Assembly: GCF_019976755.1 (NCBI RefSeq)
Contig: NZ_AP023441.1
Location: 3,678,919 to 3,710,918 of the forward strand
DNA length: 32,000 bases
Direction: 5' to 3'
DNA from: Nostoc sp. MS1
GTDB taxonomy: Bacteria > Cyanobacteriota > Cyanobacteriia > Cyanobacteriales > Nostocaceae
A program made the translations under genes and the position numbers. Numbering within the stretch: position 1 is the stretch's first letter; each line of letters begins with the position of its first letter. Of the stretch, positions 9,173 through 16,562 are shown one piece after another. A model generated the notes under the pieces. The model made no database searches and was not told the DNA's origin. It was given only the letters and a program-made list of their open reading frames with translations.

Positions 9173-11611
9173 ATGCAACTTGTGCCAAAAACTCAGCTTA
9201 ACCCAGAACCAACCCCCCCATTAGAGAAAATTATTCTGGATGTTGGCGGGATGAAGTGTGCTGGGTGTGTAAATGCAGTAGAGCGACAGCTTACCCAACA
9301 GTCAGGGGTAAAAAGTGCCTGTGTGAATCTAGCTACAGAGGTAGCGGTGGTGGAGTCTGAAGTTGGCGCGGTAGATCCAGATATGCTGGCACAGCGACTA
9401 ACAAAAGCTGGATTTCCTAGCCAGCCCCGCAAGCCTAGAGATCAAGCAGGTGAATCAACTCTAGAAGATTCAGCACAAAGACAGCGCCAACAGATGCAAG
9501 CGGCATTTCGGCAGTTAATCATTGCTGGGGTGCTATTAGTCTTTTCTGGAATTGGTCACTTAGGCAATCTTGGCGGCTCAATTCCCGTATTAAATAACAT
9601 CTGGTTCCACTTTGGATTAGCAACGGTAGCAATATTAATTCCTGGCCGTCCTATTGTGGTTGATGGGTGGTTAGGATGGCGACGTAATGCGCCAAATATG
9701 AATACCTTGATAGGATTGGGAACACTCACAGCCTATACAACCAGTGTAGTGGCTTTGTTTTTTCCCCAAATGGGTTGGGAGTGCTTCTTTGACGAACCAG
9801 TAATGATGCTGGGCTTTATTCTATTGGGCAGGACATTAGAACAACAAGCAAGAGGTAAGGCGGCTGCGGCATTTAGACAACTGCTGGCACTACAACCACA
9901 AGTAGCAAGATTGATTGCTAATCCAGATGCCGAGAAGATGGGATTGGGAGCAAATACTGTAGAAATCCCAGCCGAGCAAGTAAAGGTGGGAGAATGGTTG
10001 CAAGTTCTGCCAGGAGACAAAATCCCTGTTGATGGTGAAGTGAGTTTCGGGCAGACAACGGTGGATGAGTCGATGTTGACTGGGGAAGCTGTACCAGTAA
10101 TTAAGCAACCAGGAGATACAGTAACAGCAGGGACAATTAACCAATCAGGTGCGATCGCTATCAAAGCCACCCGTACAGGCAATGATACCACCCTCGCCCA
10201 CATTGTCGCCCTAGTAGAAGCTGCCCAAACCCGCAAAGCCCCAATTCAAAAATTAGCCGACACAGCCGCAGGCTACTTTACCTACGCCATCCTCACCGCA
10301 TCTCTATTAACATTCATCTTCTGGTACTTCTTCGGCACACACATCTGGCCAGATGTCGTCATGTCCGGCGGTGGTATGCCAATGATGAGCCATACTGCCC
10401 ACTCCCCACTCCCTACTCCCCACTCCCCCCTCCTTGTTAGTTTAAAACTAGCGATCGCCGTCATGGTCGTTGCTTGTCCCTGTGCTTTAGGACTAGCCAC
10501 ACCCACAGCCATACTTGTAGGTACTGGCATAGGTGCAGAACGCGGTTTATTAATCAAAGGCGGCGATGTCTTAGAAAGAGTACATCAGCTAGATACCATA
10601 GTTTTCGATAAAACCGGCACTCTCACCACAGGTAATGCAGTCGTTACCGATTGCGTTGTTTTGGCAGAAGGCAGTGGTGAATTATTATCTCCCTCATCTC
10701 CCCCCACTCCCCACTCCCCACTCCCCACTCCCTACTCTCTCCTCCAACTAGCCGCAGCAGTCGAAAGCGGCACACACCACCCCTTAGCTAAAGCCATTCA
10801 GCAAACGGCAAAACAACAAAAGCTATCAATTCCTGAAGCTGTGGATTTCCATACTGAGCCAGGAATGGGTGTTTCTGCTGTGGTGGATGGTGAAACTGTG
10901 CTGTTGGGTAATTGGGATTGGTTAAGTTGGCATGGTATTACTTTAAGTGAAACAGCCCAACAGGCAGCGCAAAAGTTAGCCACGGATGGTAAAACTGTGG
11001 TTGGTGTAGCAGTTCGAGAGACTTTAGCCGGACTGATTGGTGTGCAAGATACCATTAGACCAGATGCTCAAGCTACAGTAGAGAAATTGCGGCAGATGGG
11101 CTTGCGGGTGGTGCTATTAAGTGGCGATCGCACCGAAGCTGCCAATGCCATAGCGCAACAACTAGGTATTGATAGCGCTGATGTAGTCGCAGGGGTTCCG
11201 CCAGCGAAAAAAGCTGCATTTATTGAAGAACTACAAACAAAAGCTGCTAAAGTAGCGATGGTTGGGGATGGTATAAATGATGCCCCGGCTTTATCGCAAG
11301 CAGATGTGGGGATCGCTTTACACTCAGGTACAGATGTGGCGATGGAAACTGCACAGATCGTCTTGATGCGCGATCGCATTGGCGATGTTGTGGAATCGAT
11401 TCAGTTGAGCCGCGCCACCTTCAACAAAATCCGGCAGAATTTGTTCTGGGCATTTGCGTATAACACCCTTGGTATCCCCCTCGCAGCAGGTGTTTTACTT
11501 CCCAACCTTGGCTTTGTGCTGAATCCTTCTGGTGCGGCTGCGTTGATGGCATTTAGTTCAGTGAGTGTAGTCACTAACTCTTTGTTATTACGGCGGTTAG
11601 CTCATCGTTAA
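9173..11611 (+). CDS. Copper-translocating P1B-type ATPase (CtaA/PacS/CopA class)
   Basis: It has an N-terminal HMA domain with GMKCAGCV. Further motifs are TGEAVPV, transmembrane CPC (VACPCALGLATP), DKTGTLT, the HP motif (SGTHHPLAKAI) and GDGINDAPAL. Length is 812 aa. Confidence 0.92.
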   Translation: MQLVPKTQLNPEPTPPLEKIILDVGGMKCAGCVNAVERQLTQQSGVKSACVNLATEVAVVESEVGAVDPDMLAQRLTKAGFPSQPRKPRDQAGESTLEDSAQRQRQQMQAAFRQLIIAGVLLVFSGIGHLGNLGGSIPVLNNIWFHFGLATVAILIPGRPIVVDGWLGWRRNAPNMNTLIGLGTLTAYTTSVVALFFPQMGWECFFDEPVMMLGFILLGRTLEQQARGKAAAAFRQLLALQPQVARLIANPDAEKMGLGANTVEIPAEQVKVGEWLQVLPGDKIPVDGEVSFGQTTVDESMLTGEAVPVIKQPGDTVTAGTINQSGAIAIKATRTGNDTTLAHIVALVEAAQTRKAPIQKLADTAAGYFTYAILTASLLTFIFWYFFGTHIWPDVVMSGGGMPMMSHTAHSPLPTPHSPLLVSLKLAIAVMVVACPCALGLATPTAILVGTGIGAERGLLIKGGDVLERVHQLDTIVFDKTGTLTTGNAVVTDCVVLAEGSGELLSPSSPPTPHSPLPTPYSLLQLAAAVESGTHHPLAKAIQQTAKQQKLSIPEAVDFHTEPGMGVSAVVDGETVLLGNWDWLSWHGITLSETAQQAAQKLATDGKTVVGVAVRETLAGLIGVQDTIRPDAQATVEKLRQMGLRVVLLSGDRTEAANAIAQQLGIDSADVVAGVPPAKKAAFIEELQTKAAKVAMVGDGINDAPALSQADVGIALHSGTDVAMETAQIVLMRDRIGDVVESIQLSRATFNKIRQNLFWAFAYNTLGIPLAAGVLLPNLGFVLNPSGAAALMAFSSVSVVTNSLLLRRLAHR
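10398..10432. repeat. Heptamer tract CCCACTC x5 (one CCTACTC and one CCCCCTC variant) inside the ATPase CDS
   Basis: Direct reading. The tract encodes HSPLPTPHSPL, in the loop just before the CPC helix. Confidence 0.85.
10703..10737. repeat. Heptamer tract CCCACTC x5 (last unit CCTACTC) inside the ATPase CDS, preceded by tctccctcatctcc
   Basis: Direct reading. The tract encodes PTPHSPLPTPYS, between DKTGT and the HP motif. Confidence 0.85.
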
Positions 11612-11642
11612 TCTGGTAACAAAATTAAGAACCTCTCTCCAA

Positions 11643-11723
11643 CCTCTCCCCGACGCGGGGAGAGGCTTAAAAGTATGATTGGTACTTGGCAAATTGTTAG
11701 CCCCTTCTCTACAAGGGAAGGGG
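11643..11723 (+). terminator. Two GC-rich hairpins downstream of the ATPase (possible terminator and/or dispersed hairpin repeats)
   Basis: CCTCTCCCC-gacgc-GGGGAGAGG lies at 11643-11665 and CCCCTTC(tc)-tacaa-(gg)GAAGGGG at 11701-11723. Neither has a strong U-tract. Confidence 0.35.
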
Positions 11724-11807
11724 TTGGGGTTAGGTTTCTGACTCGACGTTATTTAATGCGCTAAACTGTGGTACATAAGTATAAACTCGTAATATTATTA
11801 TTAACTT

Positions 11808-12266
11808 ATGGAACCAGTAACCTTAACAGCCGTAGGAACTGCGATCGCTACTATAGTTTTAACTAAGGCTTTAGAAAGAACAGGCGAAATGCTGGGGGAA
11901 GCTGCATTAGAAAAAAGTAACGAGTTAATCGCACAGCTACGCCAGAAAAATAAGCTGCCCTTGTTAGCGAATACGTCACAGGAAAACACACAGCAGGCGT
12001 TAGATTATGGTCAAGCTGTGTTGGAGTTGAAAGCCGCAGCCGATACAGACACTGAAATTGCTCAATCAGTACGGGAAGTAGAAGCAACAATCAATCAAGA
12101 TCAGTCCCAGAGTGCTGAGAAAATTCAAAAATTAGCCGCAGAAATTCAAGCGCAGCCATCAATTGTTAATAACTTTGCCAAGTTAGCAGAAAGTATCCAA
12201 GCTGAAAAAGGGTCAATGGTTGCCCAACAAATCATAATTAATAATCCGCAAAACACATACAACTGA
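11808..12266 (+). CDS. 152-aa all-helical protein with a hydrophobic N-terminal helix; likely the detached N-terminal (effector-position) domain of the downstream NLR-like gene
   Basis: The ORF runs from an ATG to TGA 12264-12266, in the same frame as the ORF at 12336-14924. The sequence starts MEPVTLTAVGTAIATIVLTKALE and ends in the Q/N-rich QQIIINNPQNTYN. Confidence 0.55.
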   Translation: MEPVTLTAVGTAIATIVLTKALERTGEMLGEAALEKSNELIAQLRQKNKLPLLANTSQENTQQALDYGQAVLELKAAADTDTEIAQSVREVEATINQDQSQSAEKIQKLAAEIQAQPSIVNNFAKLAESIQAEKGSMVAQQIIINNPQNTYN

Positions 12267-12335
12267 CTACAGTCGCCTGAACAGGAACGGGTAAAGTCAA
12301 ATCCTGAAATACCGCAAAATTTACCCCTGAGTGGG

Positions 12336-14924
12336 GTGGTGAAATTTGTAGGACGTGATGAAGAACTGCAAGAACTCCATGAACTTTTGCAGGAAAATAA
12401 CCAAGTGCTGACTGAGCGTAGTCGAAGTGTAGCCATTGCAGCTATTTTGGGAATGGGTGGACTGGGTAAAACAGAACTCGCCTTGCAATATGCCATGACT
12501 CAGCGCGAAAACTACAAAGGTGGACTGTGCTGGTTACAGGCGAAAGCTGGGGATGTGGGGGTTCAAGTGGTGCGGTTTGCCAGAACTCAGCTTGATTTAA
12601 ACCCACCAGAAGAATTTGATTTACCTGCACAAGTACAATACTGCTGGCGGAATTGGCGTGAGGGTAATGTGCTGCTGGTGGTGGATGATGTTACAGATTA
12701 CCAGCAAATTAAACTTTACTTACAGGGTGTATCTTCCCGATTTAAAGTGTTGATGACTACCCGCAAAAAGTTAGGTGCAGCTATCAAGCAATTATCTTTG
12801 GATATATTACAACCAGATGCAGCCTTGGAGTTTTTACAGTCTTTGCTGGCAGAAACACCAGAGCGAATTGAGAGAGAATTAGATGTAGCAAATCAATTGT
12901 GCGAATGGCTGGGGTATTTGCCTTTGGGTTTAGAGTTGGTGGGGCGATATCTGGCGCGAAAACCGGATTTATCCCTATTGAAAATGATGGGGCGATTAAA
13001 GGAAAAGCGACTAGAACAACCTGCACTTGTCAAGCCAGAAGCCGATATGAGAGAACAAAGGGGAGTGCAAGCCGCCTTTGAGTTGAGTTGGCAAGAATTA
13101 GCAGAGGATGACAAACAATTAGACTGTGTACTCAGTTTATTTGCAGCAGCGCCCATACCCTGGAAATTAGTAGAACAGTGCTTACCAGAGAAAGATAAGG
13201 ATGAGTTAGAAGAAATTCGGGATGATAAATTATTGAATCTGCATCTACTCCAGCGCAAAGGTGAAGAAATTTATCAACTGCATCCCCTACTGCGGGAATT
13301 TTTCCAATCTAAGCTTACAGATTTAGAGCAGATAGAGGAATTTAAGGAATGGTTTTGTCAGGTAATGGTAGCAGTTGCCCAAGAAATTCCTGAGACTCCT
13401 ACCCTTGAGGAAATCAACGCTGTTTCCCTTGCAATACCACACATAGCTGAAGTAGCAAACAATCTCATTCAATACGTTAGTGATGAATATTTAACTTGGC
13501 CTTTTATCGGCTTGAGTCGTTTCTATCAAGGACAAGGGTTATATACCCAAGCCGAACCTTGGAATCAACAGTGTTTATCAACTGTACAAAACCGCTTTGG
13601 AGACAATCATCCCTCAGTCGCCACTAGCCTCAACAACTTGGCTGAACTCTACGATTATCAAGGAAAATACGACCAAGCCGAACCCCTGTTACTCCAAGCT
13701 TTAGAACTCAGACAACGCCTGCTGGGAGACAATCATCTTGATGTCGCAGCCAGCCTCAACTGCTTGGCGGGACTCTACTATTCCCAAGGAAAATACGACC
13801 AAGCCGAACCCCTGTTACTCCAAGCTTTAGAACTCAGACAACGCCTGCTGGGAGACAATCATCTTGATGTCGCAGCCAGCCTCAACTGCTTGGCGGGACT
13901 CTACTATTCCCAAGGAAAGTACGACCAAGCCGAACCCCTGTTACTCCAAGCTTTAGAACTCCTTCAACGCCTGCTGGGAGACAATCATCCCGATGTCGCT
14001 ACTAGCCTCAACAACTTGGCTGAACTCTACAATTCCCAAGGAAAGTACGACCAAGCCGAACCTATGTTTCTCCAAGCTTTAGAACTTGATAAACGCCTGC
14101 TGGGAGACAATCATCCTTCAATCGCCACTAGCCTCAACAACTTGGCATATCTCTACAAATCCCAAGGAAAGTACGACCAAGCCGAACCCCTGTTTCTTCA
14201 AGCTTTAGAACTCCATCAACGCTTGCTGGGAGACAATCATCCTCTTGTCGCCACTAGCCTCAACAACTTGGCATATCTCTACGATTCTCAAGGAAAGTAC
14301 GACCAAGCCGAACCCCTGTTTCTCCAAGCTTTAGAACTCAGACAACGCCTGCTGGGAGACAATCATCCCGATGTCGCTACTAGCCTCAACAACTTGGCAT
14401 TACTCTACAATTCCCAAGGAAAGTACGACCAAGCCGAACCCCTGTTACTCCAAGCTTTAGAACTCCTTCAACGCTCGCTGGGAGACAATCATCCCCTTGT
14501 CGCCTCTAGCCTCAACAACTTGGCATATCTCTACAATTCCCAAGGAAAGTACGACCAAGCCGAACCTATGTTTCTCCAAGCTTTAGAACTCCATCAACGC
14601 CTGCTGGGAGACAATCATCCCCTTGTCGCCTCTAGCCTCAACAACTTGGCATATCTCTACAATTCCCAAGGAAAGTACGACCAAGCCGAACCTCTGTTAC
14701 TCCAAACTTTAGAACTCAGACAACGCCTGCTGGGAGACAATCATCCCGATGTCGCTACTAGCCTCAACAACTTGGCATTACTCTACAATTCCCAAGGAAA
14801 GTACGACCAAGCCGAACCTCTGTTACTCCAAGCTTTGAATATTTTAGAGCGAAGTTTAGGAGCGAATCATCCTCATACTGTGAGTGTGCGTGAAAATTTA
14901 GCACTTTTACGCGATTCTCTCTAA
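12336..14924 (+). CDS. NLR-like STAND NTPase: NB-ARC domain plus about eleven TPR (TPR_10/12-type) repeats
   Basis: Motifs present are FVGRDEEL, Walker A GMGGLGKT, Walker B LLVVDDV, MTTR and GYLPLGLELVG (GLPL-like). These are followed by 42-aa units AEPLxLQALELxQRLLGDNHPxVAxSLNNLAxLYxSQGKYDQ. The track start is a GTG with no clear ribosome-binding site, and the frame stays open back to the TGA at 12264. Confidence 0.85.
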   Translation: MVKFVGRDEELQELHELLQENNQVLTERSRSVAIAAILGMGGLGKTELALQYAMTQRENYKGGLCWLQAKAGDVGVQVVRFARTQLDLNPPEEFDLPAQVQYCWRNWREGNVLLVVDDVTDYQQIKLYLQGVSSRFKVLMTTRKKLGAAIKQLSLDILQPDAALEFLQSLLAETPERIERELDVANQLCEWLGYLPLGLELVGRYLARKPDLSLLKMMGRLKEKRLEQPALVKPEADMREQRGVQAAFELSWQELAEDDKQLDCVLSLFAAAPIPWKLVEQCLPEKDKDELEEIRDDKLLNLHLLQRKGEEIYQLHPLLREFFQSKLTDLEQIEEFKEWFCQVMVAVAQEIPETPTLEEINAVSLAIPHIAEVANNLIQYVSDEYLTWPFIGLSRFYQGQGLYTQAEPWNQQCLSTVQNRFGDNHPSVATSLNNLAELYDYQGKYDQAEPLLLQALELRQRLLGDNHLDVAASLNCLAGLYYSQGKYDQAEPLLLQALELRQRLLGDNHLDVAASLNCLAGLYYSQGKYDQAEPLLLQALELLQRLLGDNHPDVATSLNNLAELYNSQGKYDQAEPMFLQALELDKRLLGDNHPSIATSLNNLAYLYKSQGKYDQAEPLFLQALELHQRLLGDNHPLVATSLNNLAYLYDSQGKYDQAEPLFLQALELRQRLLGDNHPDVATSLNNLALLYNSQGKYDQAEPLLLQALELLQRSLGDNHPLVASSLNNLAYLYNSQGKYDQAEPMFLQALELHQRLLGDNHPLVASSLNNLAYLYNSQGKYDQAEPLLLQTLELRQRLLGDNHPDVATSLNNLALLYNSQGKYDQAEPLLLQALNILERSLGANHPHTVSVRENLALLRDSL
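13551..14921 (+). repeat. Tandem 126-bp coding repeats (TPR units) with very high nucleotide identity
   Basis: Units start at 13551, 13677, 13803, 13929, 14055, 14181, 14307, 14433, 14559, 14685 and 14811. Units 13677-13802 and 13803-13928 differ at a single base (ggaaaatac versus ggaaagtac). Confidence 0.9.
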
Positions 14925-14970
14925 TGAGAACACGAAAATTTACCTTCCCAACCTCATCACTCTAGTTTTT

Positions 14971-15200
14971 ATCTCCAAGTTTCCTGTTTTGAACTCAAAG
15001 TTTTATGTTCAGAACCCGAACTTTTGTGTTGCAAACGAGAATGTTCCTATTTCCAACTAAAGTACTCTTGTTTTTAGTGAGAACGTTCTTGTTCTAAACG
15101 AGAATGTTTCTGTTGCAAACGAGAACGTTCCTGTTTCCAGTGAGAATGTTCTTGCGGCAAAGGAGAATCTTCTAGTTCTGAGGTCGAATGATGGTGTAGA
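14971..15200. repeat. Array of about 11 degenerate direct repeats in strict 21-bp phase, core gAGAAYGTTCYTGTT
   Basis: The core GAGAA(C/T)(G/C)TTC recurs at 15037, 15079, 15100, 15121, 15142 and 15163. Spacings are 42 bp for the first pair (a degenerate unit sits in phase at 15058) and 21 bp for the rest. Degenerate units lie in phase at 14974, 14995, 15016, 15058 and 15184. AGAACGTTCT is itself a palindrome. Confidence 0.8.
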
Positions 15201-15468
15201 AGAAGCATAATCAAGTAAATTCACAGGCGATATGTGGGGTATGATGATTTTGTTTTGAGGGTGGCGATCGCACTAAACAACATCCACACAGCATAAACAC
15301 TTACGCTCATCACACAAATACCAATGATGCTCCGCCCACAGGAGGCGATCGCTAATAAGGTCATTGTGCAGAGTATAATTAGCTAGCTCCAACGGAGGCG
15401 ATACCCACGGTAAACTATGCTAACGCTGGTGTAGAAAAAATCAGCTACGATAAATCAAAGCAACTTGG

Positions 15469-15936
15469 ATGAATCCAACTTCAATCGACTGTGGCATAGA
15501 TGTATCAATGACAGCAGAAACTCATGAAAGTCATTTACTAATTCTTGAAGACGATCAAGGTCGTAAAGAATTTTCTCTGGATAAACCTTTATACTCTATT
15601 GGTAGAGATAAAGAGTCTAATATTCGTCTAGTATCTCAATTTGTCTCCCGTCGCCATGCTACATTAGTGCGACTGCCAAAAGACAATAATAGTTATTATT
15701 ATCGAATAGTTGATGGTGATGGTAAAGGTAAACCGAGTTCTAATGGCTTGATGATTAACGGACGCAAACTCCCCGCCCACGATTTAAAGAACGAAGACGA
15801 GATAGTTTTTGGGCCAAAAGTACGCGCTATCTACTATCTATTAAAGAATACTCAACGCTCAGGACAAACAGATGCTAGTGAATATGACATAACACTTATA
15901 AATCCTGGTATGACTGAGGATTTAGAGGAAATCTAA
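15469..15936 (+). CDS. FHA domain-containing protein
   Basis: 155-aa ORF with an FHA signature: YSIGRDKESNIRLVSQFVSRRHATLV ... SSNGLMINGRKL ... DEIVFG. An alternative start is ATG 15511 (MTAETHE). Confidence 0.85.
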   Translation: MNPTSIDCGIDVSMTAETHESHLLILEDDQGRKEFSLDKPLYSIGRDKESNIRLVSQFVSRRHATLVRLPKDNNSYYYRIVDGDGKGKPSSNGLMINGRKLPAHDLKNEDEIVFGPKVRAIYYLLKNTQRSGQTDASEYDITLINPGMTEDLEEI

Positions 15937-16065
15937 AAGGTAATTGGTAATTGTAAAAAACGATTTAATTGCCAATTTTTTATTACTAATTACTGAATAA
16001 ATCAACTATATCTTAAGTAATTAGCCAAACTTGATATTCAATCCCAAACCCAGTAAGTAATGAAG

Positions 16066-16109
16066 AAGACGTGATATCACAGTAATAGTAATGTGAGTTA
16101 TCACGTCTT
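16066..16109. terminator. Bidirectional stem-loop between convergent genes
   Basis: A perfect 11-bp stem pairs AAGACGTGATA (16066-16076) with TATCACGTCTT (16099-16109). The loop is 22 nt and a T-run follows on the + strand. Confidence 0.5.
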
Positions 16110-16134
16110 TTGCTGAAACTAAGTAAAGTTTTAC

Positions 16135-16452
16135 TTACTCAAAATCGCCTCTACTTTTTCTGATTTGCTTACGGCTGGCGGTAAAGTCATCATCTTGAGT
16201 GTGAATATTGGCTTTTTGCTTCCTCCGGTCTTTGTTACCGAAATAAGGTTGAGAAGCTTCATAGTGGTCTAGTCTGCGTTGCTTATTACTAAAATAAGGT
16301 CTTGAAAGTTCTACTTTGTGATTTTTCTCTGCATAATAACCACCGGCTTCTACAGGAGTAGTAGGTAAGGTAATTAGCCAGATTATCCCAGCTAAAATTA
16401 ATAACCCAACTTTACAGGATAATTGCTTTACAACATCCTTGAGTTCCAACAT
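16135..16452 (-). CDS. Small hypothetical protein with an N-terminal signal/anchor and an internal duplicated motif
   Basis: 105-aa ORF with a hydrophobic segment (VGLLILAGIIWLITL). Two related motifs are present: SRPYFSNKQRRLDHYE and SQPYFGNKDRRKQKAN. I recognise no family. Confidence 0.5.
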   Translation of the reverse strand: MLELKDVVKQLSCKVGLLILAGIIWLITLPTTPVEAGGYYAEKNHKVELSRPYFSNKQRRLDHYEASQPYFGNKDRRKQKANIHTQDDDFTASRKQIRKSRGDFE

Positions 16453-16562
16453 TGAATAAATTTCCTTGTAACTCTTCGACTACTGCTTGAATGTTAAGTA
16501 TTCTTACTTGAGTCAACGTCTTCCTCTAGGTTGGTTGGATGTATGTAAAAAGTAGTGCTGAG

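Noticed and set aside
9193-11379. Six minus-strand ORFs (79-167 aa) inside the copper ATPase gene
   Set aside because: These are antisense shadow ORFs in a relatively GC-rich gene. Their translations are low-complexity (A/S/T/P/C-rich) and they fully overlap a strongly supported CDS.
12146-12496. 116-aa minus-strand ORF spanning the junction between the two NLR ORFs
   Set aside because: It is antisense to the open NLR frame, has a Ser/Cys-rich composition and no motif. The + strand frame carries clear NB-ARC motifs.
12784-13258. Alternative-frame and antisense ORFs within the NB-ARC region (12784-13026 -, 12893-13258 -, 12899-13081 +)
   Set aside because: They overlap a CDS with clear Walker A/B and GLPL-like motifs and have no independent support.
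15074-15208. 44-codon minus-strand ATG ORF (and a 55-codon GTG ORF in another frame) within the 21-bp repeat array
   Set aside because: There is no ribosome-binding site. The periodic peptide is an automatic consequence of a 21-bp repeat, and several frames give similar pseudo-peptides. I kept it as a possibility inside the repeat-array finding but did not list it as a CDS.
15320-15350. Shared 12-mer GATGCTCCGCCC at 15326-15337 and 30133-30144, near GCTAACG-type motifs
   Set aside because: It is probably part of a common dispersed Nostocales intergenic repeat. It is too short, and occurs only twice here, to interpret.
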